Notes under the pieces: model-generated | The model's input: the letters and a program-made list of their open reading frames with translations, nothing else | Told to the model about the DNA's origin: nothing | Databases searched by the model: none | In this document: one piece after another, positions 17,921 to 27,501 of the stretch | Position numbering within the stretch: the first letter of the stretch is position 1 | Layout of the letters: each line of letters starts with the position of its first letter | Position numbers and translations under genes: made by a program | Assembly (NCBI GenBank): GCA_964603475.1 | Contig: CAZRVG010000001.1 | Span: 63,988-127,987, forward strand | Direction of reading: 5' to 3' | Length of the DNA stretch: 64,000 bases | Source: an uncultured Candidatus Saccharibacteria bacterium | GTDB taxonomy: Bacteria > Patescibacteriota > Minisyncoccia > Minisyncoccales > UBA5738

Positions 17921-19579
17921 CTAATTTTGGGATTTTTCAATGGTTGCTTCCGTCTCCGGATTATGGGTTTCTTCGCCGGGGGGAAGCTGGGAAGCGTAGA
18001 TCACGTATTGCGCCAATTCGTTGAAAAGAGGGATTGCCGAATATTCGGCGGTGTTGACGTCGGGAGCCACGAGTTTCACCAAAATCAAAAATTTGGGGTC
18101 GTCGGTCGGAAAATAGCCGATGAAGCTTTGCGTGGTTTTATCCGAATAGCCCCTCTCGTCAATTCCCAATGTTGACCACGACATTTGCGCCGTGCCGGTT
18201 TTGCCCCCGATTGAATATCCGTCCACTTTGGCGGACTTGCCAAAACCGTTGTCCACCACGCTGGCCAGCATCATTGAAATCGTTTTTGATGTTTCGCTAT
18301 CAATCACCTGCTTTCTTTTTTGGGCATCAACATTTTTGCGCCCGGTTTTCACCGCCGACGGTTGAACCAAGAATCCGCCGTTGGCCAGCGCCGAATAGGC
18401 GCGCATCAGCTGGATTGAAGTCATCCAAATCCCCTGCCCGTAAGACGCCGTGGCATAATTGATGGCATATCCTTTTTTGAATTCGGCATTGGAAGAATAT
18501 GTCTCGGGCAGATCAATTCCCGTGGGTTCAAAAATTCCAAATTTTTCAATATATTCGGCAAAGGGCTCATCTCCCAATTGTCTTTGCGCGAAAACCGCGC
18601 CGGTATTCACCGAATGTTCCAAAACGTTGGTCATTGTTTGCCGGCCATAGGAGCGATTGCCATAATTGTAGATCGGCCAGCTCCCGATTTTCACCGTTCC
18701 GGTATCAATATACTCCGTTTCGGGCGTCAGCTTTTTTTCATTGAGCGCCGAGGCCATGGTGATCGCTTTAAAAACCGACCCCGGCTCAAACAACGTTTGA
18801 CAGGAATCGTTCTTAAAAATATCCACCCCGTTTCTGGCAATTTCCTTGTACTCGTTGGGATCAAAATTCGGAGTTTTCGCCATTGCCAAAATCGCGCCGG
18901 TTTTGGGATCGGCCACAATCGCCTCTCCGGAAACGGCGTTCAATTTTGACTTGGCGGCAGCAAGCAAGGTTTGCGCCCGATATTGAATATTATAGTCAAT
19001 GTTCAAAAAAATGCTTTCGCCTTGCGTCAATTCATCATTGTAATAATCTTCCAATCCGTAGCGCCCGATGTTATCCTGGTCAACAAAACCGGCCAGCTGC
19101 CCCGCCACCTCTCCTTGGGGATAATAGCGCATCTTTTTTTTATCAATATGAATTCCGGTGATTTTCGCGTTTTCAATTTCCGCGGCTTCTTGCTCGGAAA
19201 TCTTATCTTTCAATAAAAGATTCAAAGAACCACCACTGAATTTTTCTTTTAAATTATTTTTGTCCAGGCTCAAAATTCGGGCGATTTCGGACGCCGCAAA
19301 ATCTTTGTCCTCTATTTTGGATGGCTCAACGTAAACATAGAAAAATTCCTTGTTAATCGCCAATGGCTGGCCGCCGGCAAAAAAAATTTCGCCGCGGTCG
19401 GGCAAATCTTCCCGCGAGAATCTTTCAAATCCCTGCACCCAAACGCGATAATACTCGCCCAAAACAATTTGAACATAATACAGCCGCCCGGCAACGGCAA
19501 CGCACGTTAAAAATAAGCAGATTAAAATAAAAATCGCCCGGTAATCGCGATTGTTTTTTGCCGTTTTTTTTGGCGCCAT
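17921..19579 (-). CDS. ftsI: Penicillin-binding protein 2/3 class peptidoglycan D,D-transpeptidase
   Basis: N-terminal TM anchor, SVFK (SxxK), SVN, KTGT motifs; dcw-cluster context. Confidence 0.9.
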   Translation of the reverse strand: MAPKKTAKNNRDYRAIFILICLFLTCVAVAGRLYYVQIVLGEYYRVWVQGFERFSREDLPDRGEIFFAGGQPLAINKEFFYVYVEPSKIEDKDFAASEIARILSLDKNNLKEKFSGGSLNLLLKDKISEQEAAEIENAKITGIHIDKKKMRYYPQGEVAGQLAGFVDQDNIGRYGLEDYYNDELTQGESIFLNIDYNIQYRAQTLLAAAKSKLNAVSGEAIVADPKTGAILAMAKTPNFDPNEYKEIARNGVDIFKNDSCQTLFEPGSVFKAITMASALNEKKLTPETEYIDTGTVKIGSWPIYNYGNRSYGRQTMTNVLEHSVNTGAVFAQRQLGDEPFAEYIEKFGIFEPTGIDLPETYSSNAEFKKGYAINYATASYGQGIWMTSIQLMRAYSALANGGFLVQPSAVKTGRKNVDAQKRKQVIDSETSKTISMMLASVVDNGFGKSAKVDGYSIGGKTGTAQMSWSTLGIDERGYSDKTTQSFIGYFPTDDPKFLILVKLVAPDVNTAEYSAIPLFNELAQYVIYASQLPPGEETHNPETEATIEKSQN

Positions 19580-19615
19580 AATTTTTAGCGAAGCATTTTA
19601 TCAAAACGATTCACA

Positions 19616-19939
19616 CTATTTTTTGGCAAACTCCTCGGCCGCCGCGCGCACATAATAAACTCCGGAAATGTTGACTCTTTCATAATTTTGCGATTGCGCG
19701 ACTTGGTACTCGTTGAAATTTTCCAGTGAATTTGATTGCGAAAGCCGGTTTTCCAAAACATTATTCTCCGAGGAAACATCAGCCAACTGCTTTTCAAGTC
19801 CGGCCAAAAGCGAAGTTTTGTGAATGTGCGAGTTGAGCTGAAAAACCGCTCCGCTCAAAAGCAAGACCCCCGCCAGCGAGGCAAACAGCCAAAAGTTTTT
19901 TATTTCTCTTTTTATTTTTGATATTCTTCTTTTGCTCAT
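19616..19939 (-). CDS. ftsL: Cell division protein FtsL-like (single TM plus coiled coil)
   Basis: position between rsmH and ftsI, TM helix plus leucine-zipper-like region. Confidence 0.55.
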   Translation of the reverse strand: MSKRRISKIKREIKNFWLFASLAGVLLLSGAVFQLNSHIHKTSLLAGLEKQLADVSSENNVLENRLSQSNSLENFNEYQVAQSQNYERVNISGVYYVRAAAEEFAKK

Positions 19940-19984
19940 ATTTATCTTTTGTTTAAATGTTTAAATGATTATATGATTAAATGA

Positions 19985-20854
19985 TTAAATGACCCTTTCT
20001 ATCGCGCGCAATTTTGCCGAAGCCGCGCGCGAATTGGCGTCAATTTCCTTGGTCGAAGGAACAATCGGCTTTTTAAACAGCAGTTTTGCCCTGCCGGATT
20101 CGGCCAGCTTTTTAAATTCTTCTTTTACGACCTTATCCTCCAAAGAATGGAAAGATATCGCCGCCATTCGCCCCCCCGCGTTCAAAATTTCAAAACCGGA
20201 CACAATCCCCCGCCTGATATTTTCAAACTCATCGTTAACCGCGACGCGCAACGCCTGGAAAATTCTCGCCCGCATGCTTCGAATACGCGGATAAGGCAGA
20301 CCAAAAATTATTCGCGCCAGATCCCGGGTGGTCGTTATTTCTTTTTTGCTTCTGGCATTCACAATCGCGCGGGCAATTTTTTTGGCGCTTTTTTCTTGGC
20401 CGAAATTTTTAAAAATTTCGGTCAAATCCTTCTCGGAGCATCGGTTAATCATTTTTGCCGCGTCAACCCGCGAATCGCTATCATATCTCATATCCAGCGG
20501 TTCGTCTTTGGCAAAAGAAAACCCTTTGCCGCTTTCATCCAAATGCCATGACGACATCCCCAAATCCAGCAATATTCCTTTTATGTTTTCAAAGTCGCGC
20601 GATCGCGCGATATCGGCAATATTGGCATAGGAATCGTTAACAATCGCCAATCTCGGATTTGCCCTCGCTTCTTCGGGCAAAGACAATATGTTTTCTTTGT
20701 CCCGCTCAATCCCCAACACTCTTCCTTTGGGCGCGGTTTTTTCCAAAATCGCCAAACTGTGCCCGCCGCGGCCAAAAGTGCAATCAATAAAGTTCTCATT
20801 GGGTTTGGGATCAAGCGCGGCAATCGTTTCGTTTAATAAAACCGGAATATGCAC
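19985..20854 (-). CDS. rsmH: 16S rRNA m4C1402 methyltransferase RsmH (MraW)
   Basis: MHIPVLLNE...DCTFGRGGHS...DLGMSS signature. Confidence 0.9.
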   Translation of the reverse strand: MHIPVLLNETIAALDPKPNENFIDCTFGRGGHSLAILEKTAPKGRVLGIERDKENILSLPEEARANPRLAIVNDSYANIADIARSRDFENIKGILLDLGMSSWHLDESGKGFSFAKDEPLDMRYDSDSRVDAAKMINRCSEKDLTEIFKNFGQEKSAKKIARAIVNARSKKEITTTRDLARIIFGLPYPRIRSMRARIFQALRVAVNDEFENIRRGIVSGFEILNAGGRMAAISFHSLEDKVVKEEFKKLAESGRAKLLFKKPIVPSTKEIDANSRAASAKLRAIERVI

Positions 20855-20957
20855 TTAAAAATTTCTAATTTCTAATTTCTAATTTCTAATAAATTTAAAA
20901 TTATAAAATTAGGAAATTTATTTTGAAATTAGTAATTGGAAATTTTGACATTATGGT

Positions 20958-21389
20958 TCAAACACCCAGCTCGTTTAATCTTTCGGCGATATTGCCGGCT
21001 TCTTTTTCGGTTTTTTCTTTATACGCCTGCCATTCTTGTTCATCCCAGATTTCAATCCTGTTATAAAGCCCTGCCACCACGGCCTTTTTCTTTAGCTTTG
21101 CGTAGTTTTTCAAATAATCCGGCACCAGAATCCGCCCCAAATTATCAAAGTCAACTTCCATCGCTCCGGAAAGCATTATCCGCGCGAATCCGCGGGCGTC
21201 GGCGCGGGACAGCGGCATTTCGCTGAGTTTTTTGGCCAGCTTTTCCCATTCATCGCGAGAATACAAAAATAAGCAATTATCCAATCCGCGAGTAATCACC
21301 GCCCCCTTCTTTAACTGCCGGCGAAATTTTGGCGGCACGCCCAGTCGTTTTTTGTCATCTATTGAATATGTGTATTCGCCGATAAACAT
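20958..21389 (-). CDS. mraZ: Transcriptional regulator MraZ
   Basis: duplicated DxxxR MraZ motif (SIDDKKRLGVP ... DNLGRILVP). Confidence 0.9.
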   Translation of the reverse strand: MFIGEYTYSIDDKKRLGVPPKFRRQLKKGAVITRGLDNCLFLYSRDEWEKLAKKLSEMPLSRADARGFARIMLSGAMEVDFDNLGRILVPDYLKNYAKLKKKAVVAGLYNRIEIWDEQEWQAYKEKTEKEAGNIAERLNELGV

Positions 21390-21459
21390 AAGGATAATTC
21401 AAAAGTCAAAAGTCAAAAGTTAAAATCTTTCCACTCTTTCCCACAATCAACCACCATGT

Positions 21460-21501
21460 CCCACATATTAATACTCTACTCCCATAAAAAAACAATGTCA
21501 A
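21460..21501 (-). promoter_or_regulatory. Candidate sigma70-like promoter of mraZ operon
   Basis: TTGACA then 17 nt then TAGAGT/TATTAAT on minus strand, then TTTTGAC heptamer repeats before the ATG. Confidence 0.3.
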
Positions 21502-21630
21502 ACACCGCCAAAATAAAGCTAAAACACCCAAGTTTTCCACACCCGGCAGCAGAAATTCGGCCGGCTTTGTCGTTTTATCCCGCCTAAGCGGGATAGCCGA
21601 ATTTTCACTACCGGGCGCATAACGCGTCCC

Positions 21631-21657
21631 AACAAAAAACCGCCCCGAAAGGGACGG
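21631..21657 (-). terminator. Intrinsic terminator after response-regulator gene
   Basis: minus strand ccgtccc-tttc-ggggcgg followed by TTTTTTG. Confidence 0.65.
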
Positions 21658-21686
21658 TAAAGCTCTATTGCCTTAAATCAAAAGAA

Positions 21687-22118
21687 TCAAGCGAGATTGA
21701 CGCGCGGTCGATTGGGGCGGGGAGGCTTTTGCCCCAAATAACGCTCCGCCATATCCAAAAGATCGGCCGGAGTGTGATGCGCTTTGATCAAATATTTTTC
21801 CGGCGCGATACCCGTGCGCGCGAATTCCTGTTCAGTGCCATGGCTTTGATAATTGGTCACCGCGAAAACCGGAACATCTTTTGTTAAATGGCTTTTTTTG
21901 ATCGCGCGCAAAACTTCTATGCCGCGCCCGTCATCAAGCATGAAATCCAAAAGCACCAAATCCGGCTTTGCGGAATCTCCGTTTCGAATGTCGCGCAATT
22001 CTTCCAGCATTTCTTCATGAGTGCGCGCCAATTCAACGTCAAAATCGGACTTTTCAAAAATTCGGCGATAAGCCGCGATATGCTGGGAGTCGTTTTCAAC
22101 AAGAATAATTTTCTTCAT
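21687..22118 (-). CDS. Single-domain response regulator (CheY-like receiver)
   Basis: LVENDS...DLVLLDFML...phospho-acceptor Asp, conserved T/K positions. Confidence 0.75.
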   Translation of the reverse strand: MKKIILVENDSQHIAAYRRIFEKSDFDVELARTHEEMLEELRDIRNGDSAKPDLVLLDFMLDDGRGIEVLRAIKKSHLTKDVPVFAVTNYQSHGTEQEFARTGIAPEKYLIKAHHTPADLLDMAERYLGQKPPRPNRPRVNLA

Positions 22119-22138
22119 TTTAAAAAATACTTATCCTC

Positions 22139-22804
22139 TCAATTTACGGCAATTTTGACAAAACGCCATTTTTTAAATTGGTCTTTGAAAAATTCAAAAG
22201 TGGAATAGCCGCTCTTTTTAATTATCTTCATTATATCTTGTTTTTGGCAAGGATCAAACTCCACGAAAATAAATCCCTCGGGCTTTAAAAAAAATTTCGC
22301 CTGTTTTAGGAATTTTTCAATAATCGCCAATCCTTGATCGGCGGCAAAAAGCGCGCGGCGCGGCTCCCAATCAAGCACCGATTTTTGCACCAAACACGCT
22401 CTCGACGGATCGATATACGGCGGATTTGCCAAAATCGCGTCATAATTGGCGTTTCGGGGAATTTTTTCAAAAACATCGGACTCAAAAATCTTCGCGCGTT
22501 TTTTATCAATGCCGTTTATCCGGCAATTTTTTTTGATTTGAGCAACCGCCGATGAATCAATGTCGGCAAAATCAACCGCCGCGCGCCCGATATTTTTGGC
22601 AACCGCGATCCCAACGCACCCCGAACCCGCGAAAATATCCAGCACGCGGATATCGCCTTTTAGCTTTGCCAAATTGATAATCGCTTGCCGCGCCCAAAAT
22701 TCGGTTTCCGGCCGGGGAATAAGAGTTCTATGGGCAAGATCAATATGGCAATTCAAAAATCGCGTCCATCCTTCTTGGTATTCCTCGGGAATATCGCTTT
22801 TCAT
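22139..22804 (-). CDS. prmC: Release-factor glutamine N5-methyltransferase PrmC/HemK-like
   Basis: LIPRPETE, VLDIFAGSGCVG (motif I), ANPPYI catalytic motif. Confidence 0.75.
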   Translation of the reverse strand: MKSDIPEEYQEGWTRFLNCHIDLAHRTLIPRPETEFWARQAIINLAKLKGDIRVLDIFAGSGCVGIAVAKNIGRAAVDFADIDSSAVAQIKKNCRINGIDKKRAKIFESDVFEKIPRNANYDAILANPPYIDPSRACLVQKSVLDWEPRRALFAADQGLAIIEKFLKQAKFFLKPEGFIFVEFDPCQKQDIMKIIKKSGYSTFEFFKDQFKKWRFVKIAVN

Positions 22805-22836
22805 AAAAAAACCCCGCCTTGGCGGGGAAAGTTAAT

Positions 22837-23595
22837 TTAGCCGTGAACAATCGATCCCTCAAAGTCAAGACCGTCAATCGCCCGGCAAAAACTTTCAATA
22901 TCATTGCCTTTTATCTTTTTTACCGTCAATCCCAGCTTCTTGGCGGTTTTGGCCGCGATCGGATCAATCGGCGTGGAAAGTCCGGGGACCCATTTTGAAG
23001 GTATCAGCTTCTGGTATTCCCTCCAAGTTAAATCTTTTATCGGCTTGGCGTCTTCAAACTTGCGCGGATCTTTGTCGCAGACAAAATGCGCGTCGCTGGC
23101 CGAAATTATTTCGCTTGCTTTGAATATGCGGGCGCATTGTATCGCGTCATAATCGGTGGACCACCCCGGCTCCCACCCTGAAACCATTAAAACTTTCTTG
23201 TTGCTTTTCAAAAACGCGTCTACTTCTTTTTTCCCGGGCTCATGGTCTAAAATTTGCGGGAAAGAAATCTCCCGCAAGATTTTTGCCACGAAAAGCGCGT
23301 TCATTCTTGTCGCCTGAATGCCGATCCAATCCAGATCGGTGTTGTTTTTTTTGTCGCCCAAAACTTCGCGCGCCGCTTTTTGGTATATCCGGCAAGCCTT
23401 TCCGCCGCCCACCACAATGATAAACCGCCGGCTTTTTTTTCTCTGCGACAAGAGAAATTTTCTGAATTCGCGCAAAAACGCGATATCCAATCCGTTATTA
23501 TATTTATCCCCGTAGGGATAAACCACCGATCCTCCCAAAGAAACAATAATAATCTGTTCTTTTTTTGTTGTTTTTTTCACCGGTTTTTTTGCCAT
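22837..23595 (-). CDS. pyrH: UMP kinase, archaeal type
   Basis: IVSLGGSV, IIVVGGGKACRIY, IGIQATRMNAL, DP..AK motifs align with archaeal PyrH; Lys-rich N-terminal tail. Confidence 0.75.
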   Translation of the reverse strand: MAKKPVKKTTKKEQIIIVSLGGSVVYPYGDKYNNGLDIAFLREFRKFLLSQRKKSRRFIIVVGGGKACRIYQKAAREVLGDKKNNTDLDWIGIQATRMNALFVAKILREISFPQILDHEPGKKEVDAFLKSNKKVLMVSGWEPGWSTDYDAIQCARIFKASEIISASDAHFVCDKDPRKFEDAKPIKDLTWREYQKLIPSKWVPGLSTPIDPIAAKTAKKLGLTVKKIKGNDIESFCRAIDGLDFEGSIVHG

Positions 23596-23704
23596 ATTGT
23601 CTTATTTTTGTTTTTCGCCCAAAAAAATTTAGCCTACTAAACTAAATAATATTAAATATACCCCACTGACAATAATAGCGCGTTTCGCCAAACCCTTCAA
23701 CCCC

Positions 23705-24910
23705 CTAGCCAAACATTAGCCATTCGGGACGGAAAATCAGCAGAAGACCGATGGCCAGCATCAAAACGCCGCCGATCAAATGCGACGCTTTTTGATATTT
23801 GGTGGTAATACCGGCCATCTTCAAAGTAATCATGGCCGCAAAGAACACAAACAAATCGTCGGTCATAAAAACCAAAATATAAAGCCCGATATAGGCATAA
23901 TATTGCCAAGCCGCCAAGCCGCTCATTGCCAATATCTGCGTGAAAATCACCGGCAATCCCGCCGAACAAATCAATTCCACAAGATTGACCGCGAACGCCA
24001 GCAAAATAATTCCCCCCAGCGCCAGATAAAAATTGTTTTGCAGGGTAATGTTTTTCAGCCGCTCAAAAACCTTTTTTCTTTTGGGATCGGCAGCATTAGC
24101 GCAAACCGCGGCTTTTTTTGAAAAATAGGCTCGTAAATTATGAATTCCGCCACCGATCGCCACCGCGCCCACGGCAATACGCACCCACAAAATAAAGCCA
24201 ATAAACAAAAGCAAGTTTAGCCATGCCACCATAAATGTGAAATAAACCAAAGACGACGCGACAATAAAAGCAATCCCCAAGATCCACATCCGCTTGCGGT
24301 CTTGCATTCCCAAAAGCAAACTGATCAAAAACAACAGCGTCCACATCGCGCACGGATTAAATCCGTCCAGCGCGCCCAGAATCACGGTGATCGCCGGCAA
24401 AGATAAATTTTTGATTGAAACTTGGCCAAAAAACGGAATATTAACATTTTCGGGAATTTCTTTTTTGTCATCTTTCCCGCAGGTTCCGTTTTCGGGAGGC
24501 GGGCTTTGCGGATTGATAATTCGCGCGGCAATATCAAGACACCCGTCATTAATCGCTTTTACCGCCGCTTCTTCAATCGCATTTCCCGTGGAATCCGCGT
24601 CATACCAGCCGATAAAATACTTATCGCCCACCAAGGTAAAAGGCACCCCCGCGATTTCAACACCCAATTCATTGCCGATATCAATCAAGATTTGGCGATT
24701 GCCGGCATTTTGCCAAACCTCAAAATCCCGCACCGCGATTTCAGGATAGCGCGCCTGCAATTCGGCCAAAAATTCCTTTTCGTGCTCGCAATGCGGACAC
24801 CCCTGCCCCCAAAAAAAATAGACATTCACCGGATTTTGCGCCAAAGCCGCCGCCGGCATAACCGCCGCGACAATTGTTAATAATATTGAAAATAAAACTT
24901 TTCTAAACAT
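23705..24910 (-). CDS. Thioredoxin-fold (CPHC) domain fused to CcdA/DsbD-like transmembrane thiol-disulfide transporter
   Basis: signal peptide, WGQGCPHCEHEK, then polytopic domain with GFNPCAMW and CSAGLPV cysteines; start set at MFRKVL because ORF open to 25024 runs through repeat element A. Confidence 0.6.
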   Translation of the reverse strand: MFRKVLFSILLTIVAAVMPAAALAQNPVNVYFFWGQGCPHCEHEKEFLAELQARYPEIAVRDFEVWQNAGNRQILIDIGNELGVEIAGVPFTLVGDKYFIGWYDADSTGNAIEEAAVKAINDGCLDIAARIINPQSPPPENGTCGKDDKKEIPENVNIPFFGQVSIKNLSLPAITVILGALDGFNPCAMWTLLFLISLLLGMQDRKRMWILGIAFIVASSLVYFTFMVAWLNLLLFIGFILWVRIAVGAVAIGGGIHNLRAYFSKKAAVCANAADPKRKKVFERLKNITLQNNFYLALGGIILLAFAVNLVELICSAGLPVIFTQILAMSGLAAWQYYAYIGLYILVFMTDDLFVFFAAMITLKMAGITTKYQKASHLIGGVLMLAIGLLLIFRPEWLMFG

Positions 24911-24997
24911 AAACGCGAATTTATCTATTATTCGTCCATTTCCCATTATGCCAACTTTCCCCCTTCCTGTAAACCCCGGCAATTTGCCCACAAAAAA

Positions 24998-25150
24998 ACA
25001 CCAACATTCTGCCCTGTCCCGCACCGTGATTTGCCTTTATATTTTATGCTTTAGCATGGCAAATCTCTGGTGCAGGAAGAATGTTGGAATGTTTGCTAAT
25101 CTGATTCTTTAATTCATTTGCCAGAGGACAAAATTCAGATAGCCGGCAAA
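24998..25150. mobile_element. MITE-like inverted-repeat element, family 1, copy A (with conserved 55-bp 3' extension)
   Basis: ccaacattct...agaatgttggaatgtt terminal inverted repeats, internal caccgtgatttgcc / ggcaaatc and atgc-ttta-gcat hairpins; near-identical to copies at 28649-28803 and 39097-39195. Confidence 0.65.
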
Positions 25151-25172
25151 TATTATTATGCAATAAAATTTA

Positions 25173-27317
25173 TTATTCTCCGGAGATAATCTTGTTGATT
25201 TTTTCGCGGGTTAATCGGCCGACATATCCCGATCCATGGCTCAAACCAATGGGTGATAAAATTTCACCGGCATATTTTTCTTGGAATTGAATCACCGCGG
25301 TTTTGGTGATACCGCCAAAATCGCCCGTTGGCACCACGGCAAGGTCTTGTGATTTGAGAACTTCCTGCAAGCATTTTACTTGTGTGTTTCCTCTAATGCC
25401 ATAAAACAAGTTTTCCGTAATCATCCCGCATGAAAATTCGCTGCCTTCACCGGTTAATATTTGCAATTGCCTTGTCAAAGATTCAATCAAATTTTTAATT
25501 TGGTTAATTTTATTGATAAGTTGTTCGCGCGTTATCCCTGCATTATCAGCAAACTCACCAATATTCGCGATATTTGAATTAGCGGTTTGGGGCGCACCCT
25601 TCGTCTGTTGAGAAACGATTTCTACGGCAACGCTATCCGTTGCGGATCCCGCCGAATTGGAACAGGTGATAATATATTCTTTTGGACTACCGATGGTTAT
25701 TCTCATTGCCCCGCTCTTCGTCTTGTTCCCCGACCAACTGCCGGAAGCTTGGCAAATATCAGCATTGGTTGAATTCCAAAGCAGTGTCACGGGTTCGCCA
25801 GCGTTTATCAAGGCTTTTTTTTGATAGCCATCGGCCGTGATATCCACTGTCGGTAAATTGACACCAATATTATTGGTAGTGTCGGTATTGTTATTACCAT
25901 TGATGTTATTATTGTCGCTTACGCTAATATTACTATCGCTAACAATACAAACTCCGTTTGAACAAGCTTCTCCGGTCAAGCATTTTGAATTGTCATCAGC
26001 CCATCCTGTACCCAATAAATTACAAACCTTGCAACCCGAAACCGCCATCGGAACGCAGGCAAAGCAAATTCCGTTTGAACATGTCTGCCCCGATGGACAA
26101 GCGATAATCGTCGACCATTCAACACAAGCGTCATTTTCATAATTTTTGCAAAACTGATAGCCGTTGCCGTTGCAATGCTTCAAGCTGCCGGTAAGGCATA
26201 TTCCCGATGAACAGGCCTTTTCATCCGGGCAAAGAGTAATTTGCGACCACTCCAAACAAGAGTCGGAATCGTAGTTGCCGCAGGTCTGAAACCCATTGCC
26301 GCTACACTGCTTGATGCCCGCAGAAGAACACTCATTAACACATTGCGCAACGCATTGTCCGCTGGAACAGATTTGCCCCGAAGCGCAACTGCCGCAGTTT
26401 AATGTGCCGCCACATCCATTGGAAGCTGTACCACAATTATAGTTCAAAGAAGCACAGGTTTTGGGGACGCAATTGGCAACGCATTGATTTGAGGAACAAG
26501 AATATCCTGTCGCGCAATTTCCGCAATTTAACGCATTACCGCACCCATCGGAAATCGTACCGCAGGCATAACCCAAGGAAGCACAGGTTTTGGGAATACA
26601 GTCGGCAATACATTTATTGGCAACGCAGGTATATCCCGTAGCACAAGTGCCGCAACTTAGCGTGCCGCCACATCCATTGGAAGCTGTACCACAATTATAG
26701 TTCAAAGAAGCACAGGTTTTGGGGACGCAATTGGCAACGCATTGATTTGAGGAACAAGAATATCCTGTCGCGCAATTTCCGCAATTTAACGCATTACCGC
26801 ACCCATCGGAAATCGTACCGCAGGCATAACCCAAGGAAGCACAGGTTTTGGGAACGCATGAATTGACCACATTGATCGATAGATTTGGAGTTTTGTCACC
26901 GAACCACGCCACTCCGTCTTGCACCATTCGCCATTGGAAATTATAAACGCCGGCGACCAAGGGCGCCGTAACGTTAAAGGTGAAGGTTTTGTTTGTGTTG
27001 AATTTAATTATCTCGGAACTGCTCAAATAAACACGGTTAACCCCCCACGTTTTATTATCTTGCGGATTTTGCGAGCCAAGACGACATTTTTTCGCCTCGC
27101 TCCAATAAAGCGCTTGTTCCCATCCCGGTTGTCCCCATCCAGCTATGCTAGGATTTTTCATCGTTATTGAAACCGAATACGTCTTACCCGCATCCATTTT
27201 TGAAGGCACCGACTGAGAAACAAAGTTTGCATACATTGCAAACCCCGCCGCAGGAAAACAAACTATCCCGCAAAAAATTAATAACAGTGATGCCAATTGA
27301 TTTTTTGATTTTTCCAT
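25173..27317 (-). CDS. Secreted cysteine-repeat surface protein with C-terminal peptidoglycan-binding (PG_binding_1-like) domain
   Basis: signal peptide; five or more 37-aa modules CVPKTCASLGYxCGTxSxGCGxxLxCGxCATGYxCxxNxCVAx; Ig-like domain; C-terminal GDFGGITKTAVIQFQEKYAG motif. Confidence 0.6.
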   Translation of the reverse strand: MEKSKNQLASLLLIFCGIVCFPAAGFAMYANFVSQSVPSKMDAGKTYSVSITMKNPSIAGWGQPGWEQALYWSEAKKCRLGSQNPQDNKTWGVNRVYLSSSEIIKFNTNKTFTFNVTAPLVAGVYNFQWRMVQDGVAWFGDKTPNLSINVVNSCVPKTCASLGYACGTISDGCGNALNCGNCATGYSCSSNQCVANCVPKTCASLNYNCGTASNGCGGTLSCGTCATGYTCVANKCIADCIPKTCASLGYACGTISDGCGNALNCGNCATGYSCSSNQCVANCVPKTCASLNYNCGTASNGCGGTLNCGSCASGQICSSGQCVAQCVNECSSAGIKQCSGNGFQTCGNYDSDSCLEWSQITLCPDEKACSSGICLTGSLKHCNGNGYQFCKNYENDACVEWSTIIACPSGQTCSNGICFACVPMAVSGCKVCNLLGTGWADDNSKCLTGEACSNGVCIVSDSNISVSDNNNINGNNNTDTTNNIGVNLPTVDITADGYQKKALINAGEPVTLLWNSTNADICQASGSWSGNKTKSGAMRITIGSPKEYIITCSNSAGSATDSVAVEIVSQQTKGAPQTANSNIANIGEFADNAGITREQLINKINQIKNLIESLTRQLQILTGEGSEFSCGMITENLFYGIRGNTQVKCLQEVLKSQDLAVVPTGDFGGITKTAVIQFQEKYAGEILSPIGLSHGSGYVGRLTREKINKIISGE
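26403..26856. repeat. Intragenic tandem duplication: two identical segments of about 195 bp with a 259-bp period inside the Cys-repeat gene
   Basis: gtgccgccacatccattggaagctgtacc...aagcacaggttttggga occurs at 26403-26597 and 26662-26856. Confidence 0.85.
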
Positions 27318-27465
27318 TTTTATTTTGTTTTTTATTATCTTATTTTTATTATAACTTTTCTCGTTTTACAATCAAATAAAAAATCCGCCTCATGGCTTTG
27401 CCCGCACAAACAATTTTATTTAATGACAGTATTAAACTATTCTATTATTTTACCTCCTCCGTTCA

Positions 27466-27501
27466 AGATCTGGTGGCAGAATGTTGGAATGTTTGCTAAT
27501 C
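27466..27501. mobile_element. Family 1 element, copy B (right-end fragment only)
   Basis: tctggtggcagaatgttggaatgtttgctaatc matches right end of copies A and C. Confidence 0.55.

Noticed and set aside
21430-21680. Structured ncRNA (SRP or 6S) in the 250-bp gap before mraZ
   Set aside because: On inspection the GC-rich hairpin ccgtccc-tttc-ggggcgg plus T-run is a terminator for the upstream response-regulator gene. The rest contains TTGACA/TAGAGT promoter-like boxes and TTTTGAC heptamers for mraZ. No SRP domain IV motif was found.
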